DNA of 51,875 bases from assembly GCA_027604505.1 (NCBI GenBank), contig JADIIX010000037.1, positions 124,001 to 175,875 on the forward strand, given 5' to 3'. Every line of letters begins with the position of its first letter. The stretch's first letter is position 1. A program made the translations under genes and the position numbers. Shown here piece by piece: positions 48,158 through 51,875 of the stretch. The notes beneath the pieces were generated by a model, which saw only the letters and a program-made list of their open reading frames with translations, was not told the DNA's origin and did not search any database. The DNA is from Gonapodya sp. JEL0774 (taxonomy: Eukaryota).

Positions 48158-50349
48158 ATGACTCGCCAAAAGGTCTCGTACTTTTATCATGGTACTAAGA
48201 GCTCATTGTCTCGCGTGATATTGATTCCGCATCTCTATTTTGAATGCTAATTACTTCGATTGACCCTGGAATCGTGCAGGCGATGTTGGTAGCTTTCATT
48301 ACGGTCCTCAACATCCAATGAAGGTGATTCTCCACATAAAGACTACATGGAAGCATTCTTGATCAATTTCGATTCAGCCCCACAGGATACGAATGACCCA
48401 TGACCTGATTATCGGTTTCGGTCTGTACAAGAAACTGGATATATTTGTGAGCTTCAGCGCATTCGATTTTATACAGTCTTCCGTGTCTCTACATTCTTGT
48501 TTGAACTTTTGACCCACGTTAGAGACCCGCGAAAGCGACGGAGGAGGAACTCACACGTTTTCACTCCGACGACTACATCACATTCCTCAAAACTGTCACA
48601 CCAGACAACGCGGAGGAGATGGCGCACTTAATGACAAAATGTATTGTATGCGTTGTGAGTAACTTTCTTCTAGCACTCACACAAAATACTGTTTCCCGCC
48701 TCAGACAACGTTGGAGAGGATTGCCCGGTGTTTGATGGCATATATGATTTCAGTTCAATCTCTGCAGGCGGCTCCCTCTGTACGAATCTCTTTGTGGAAA
48801 GCTCTACCTTAATGTGCCGTGACTTCTTCTTTTCATGACCAGCTGCCGCGCGACAATTGAATCGAAGGGACACAGATATCGCGGTTAACTGGTCTGGGGG
48901 CCTCCACCACGCGAAAAAATGCGAGGCTTCTGGATTTTGCTATGTGAATGATATTGTGTTGGCGATTTTGGAGTTATTAAGGTTTGTGGGGATATCCATT
49001 GTTTACCACCATCGCGTATGTCTCTCCAATCTGCGAATCAATTAGACACCACCAACGTGTCCTGTACATAGACATCGACTTGCATCATGGGGACGGTGTG
49101 AGTATTCTGGCCATTAATTTATTGTGCTACCCACCTGGATGACCACCCGCACGCCATTAGGTGGAGGTACTCGCCAGTTCGCTTGCACGCATTTGAGGAC
49201 AAGCTTTAACCGATCCAAGTCCTCAAATCCAGGAAGCGTTTTATTGCACCGACCGAGTAATGACGGTCAGCTTCCACAAGTACGGAGAATTTTTTCCAGG
49301 AACGGGGGATGTGTCGGTGAGCTTAGACTCTCTCTCTCTCTGCAAGCTCAGTGTTCTCCGATGATAACGCCCTGCCTTTGGGAATTGGTATTTAGGAAAT
49401 TGGCCACGGACTTGGCCGAAGCTATTCTGTTAATGTACCGCTCAGAGACGGAATGGACGACCCGTCATACCGCAGCATTTTTGTCCCAGTAAGCGATGAC
49501 GCCTGATCTGCTCTGTGTGTGTATCTTGACCGATGAGAATTAAGGTTATTGAGGCCGTTTTGAAACACTATCGACCTGAGGCTATCGTCCTTCAGTGTGG
49601 TGCAGACTCCCTGTCCGGTGATCGCTTGGGATGCTTCAATCTCACGCTTAAGGGGCACGGTCACTGTGTCGAGTTTATCAAATCTCTAGGGTTGCCACTT
49701 CTTGTACTGGGTGGGGGCGGTTACACGATGAGAAATGTGGCTAGAGCCTGGTATGTTGCGTGAAGATCTGTTGGGATTGAGGCTCTTCCACCTGCATAAT
49801 TAACTTGCGTGGCTCTAAATCAGGGCATTTGAAACAGCAATTTTAGCGGACGTTGCCTTGCCACCAGACATCCCGTCGAATGAGTACTACAACTATTTTG
49901 GTCCTGACTATAAGCTTGAGATCCAATCCTCGTCAATGCCCAATCTCAACACCCCAGAGTATCTGGAAAAAATTCGGTTTGTGCTCTCTTTTTCATGAGG
50001 ATAACGCACTCTGCTCATTTTATTTACGATAGAGTACGTGTTCTCGAGAATCTAAAACATATTGCGCACGCGCCAAGTGTACAAATGAACACCTCAGACG
50101 GTATCTACCAAACTGCCGCAATTGCACGATTAGGTGACTGAAGTCATTGATTACCCCTTTGCAGAAACACCTTCTGTCGCAGACTCGGATTATGAGGATG
50201 AGGATGCCGAATTGACCAAGGACACTCGATTGCCAATGCGCTTTCTGGACCACATGGTCGACCGTGAAGATGAGCTAGGTGAGGCGATATTCGCCTCGAG
50301 AGATTTCGTATATTTCGTTTGCTTCCACCAGAAGTTGCATTGTTGCTAG
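48158..50349 (+). CDS. RPD3: Class I histone deacetylase (RPD3/HDAC1-like), many exons; last exon uncertain
   Basis: [128 protein letters not shown]. Paralog identity within class I is not resolved. Confidence 0.93.
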
Positions 50350-51718
50350 CAATTTGTGTCTGCTCACCCTTTCAAACTTCTTTGTTTCTTTTAACCTCAC
50401 AAACAGACGATCGACCTTGATAATGCCGTCAACACTCCGCTCAGGATTGTGCAGGTCCATCATCTGCGCAATAGCCTCTCTTACGAACGCGCCCAGATTC
50501 CCCTCAGGGGCAATAACCTCGTACATATCCGCTTTGGGATCGACTAGTCTGAGATCCCCACATTGTACAAGATGGTGCATTGCCCTGGTAAACACCGTAT
50601 TGATACGCTGTAGTGATAATACATCCGGTTTTGCCTGTGTTGAAGGCTGAACATGCACGAAAGTTTCGATCGATAAGTAGTCGGGTGGTCGATACTACAA
50701 AATTTGAGCGTACCAGACCCGACACAACAGCTAACGCCACTGCCTCTAGAGTGGGATCGGATCGTATGCTCTTGTAGTCGAAAATAGTAAGATGGTGGAG
50801 CACAATGTAGTCCTTCAGTGCTTGACGGAACTCCGCATCGTCCACATGCGGGAGTGGGACAGGCACGCCGTCCTCACCAATCTCTGGCAAACCGATCATC
50901 TATTTCATTCGGATATCGTTATTTCGACGATAGAACACAAAAAGGTCAAGAGTCTTCACCTCCTCTGAACCATATGCTGCCGCTGGGGGGTAAAAATCCG
51001 GTCTCGCTATCCTTAACCGACGCGAGTAAACTCGACGTTTCATATCTGCCGTCTGCAGCCACCAGAGCATTTGCATACTAGGATCCCTTTCGGCCCCTGC
51101 TCACGGAACACCACCACTCATATGTGCAATCCACTTGGGCAGTTCGGAAACAGGGAACTATTGTCCGATTGTACTCACTTGCGACGCTAATTGTTATCTG
51201 CTTTCTGTCGAGATATTCCGACACTCGTCCTTGCACCCTCAGCGTGACGCCGAGCGGAACTGTCTGAACGTCAATAGACAGAGGAGTGTTGCGAGGGTTC
51301 CATTGCATGGCGGGCAGGACACCAGTTCCGTCGTCTACTAGAAAGTAATTAAATGCGATTACACTCTCTAGCTATTCGATCCAGTCGGTCAGTCCTGGCA
51401 ACTCACAAGAGTACACAACCCCGCGATTGGTAACCTCCACTGCCACCACCGTCCCTAAAATCTCGACCCTTCTAACTGGATGATCAAAGAGCCAATAGAT
51501 CTCATCTGCGAAAGCGGGAATCCATGTTGACATTTCGCACCAAATCAAGTCCAGAACCACTGCGAATGGATTGGTGAATCTTTCGCGATGATGAATTACT
51601 CGCCTGGCAAGTCTCGCCTCTTCGAGAGCAAATTCACATCCGATATAAGAAGGCGGACATGGGTCCAGAAGATGGGGGAGAGTCCCAGTTCGTGGCGAGC
51701 AGGTGTGGGATGGTTCAT
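50275..51718 (-). CDS. STN1: STN1-like CST complex subunit (N-terminal OB fold, C-terminal winged-helix-like region)
   Basis: GLSPIFWTHVRLLISDV; YWLFDHPVRRVEILGTVVAV; DDGTGVLPAMQW; LGVTLRVQGRVSEYLDRKQITI; C-terminal LVQCGD..YEV and [18 protein letters not shown]. Confidence 0.75.
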
Positions 51719-51764
51719 GTAGTTCTTGAGGTTGAAATCAGGTGCCCATAGCATTTGCAGATTC

Positions 51765-51875
51765 CTCATGGCACGCGGCTGACCGAAGCCCGTGTGCCCG
51801 GTGGCTCCAGACTCCCCCCGTGTCTACTGTCGGTCGATAATAGTGCCGCTGAAGAGGGCGAGAGGAGAGGGTGTC
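51765..51875 (-). repeat. Terminus of a second DIRS-family copy, continuing beyond the window
   Basis: About 100 bp align with 37128-37228 (ctccagactcc..gtgtctactgt..gctgaagagggc). This copy retains the CpGs. Confidence 0.8.

Overview
Gene-dense, intron-rich eukaryotic DNA with short GT-AG introns. It is most consistent with an early-diverging fungus, but that is an inference and the species cannot be determined. All gene models were spliced by eye, so boundaries are approximate. Left to right: a truncated hypothetical gene; a bacterial-type PEP synthase (ppsA) with about 20 introns that ends in the peroxisomal signal AKL; a pyridoxamine-phosphate-oxidase-like gene; an MFS transporter; a divergent non-prenylated Rab-like GTPase; four related Cys-rich secreted or membrane protein genes (one TM+SH3, one with a 45-bp tandem repeat); carnitine acetyltransferase; and an FHA-RING-zf-PARP E3 ligase. 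From about 31.4 to 47.4 kb the DNA is strongly CpG-depleted. This block holds decayed genes, including a spliced ParB/Srx-fold 'DGQHR' gene interrupted by a DIRS/Ngaro tyrosine-recombinase retrotransposon, plus LTR remnants and most of an apparently intact PAN2. The right end has an RPD3-type HDAC whose 3' end overlaps an antisense STN1-like gene, then the terminus of a second, less-mutated copy of the DIRS-family repeat.
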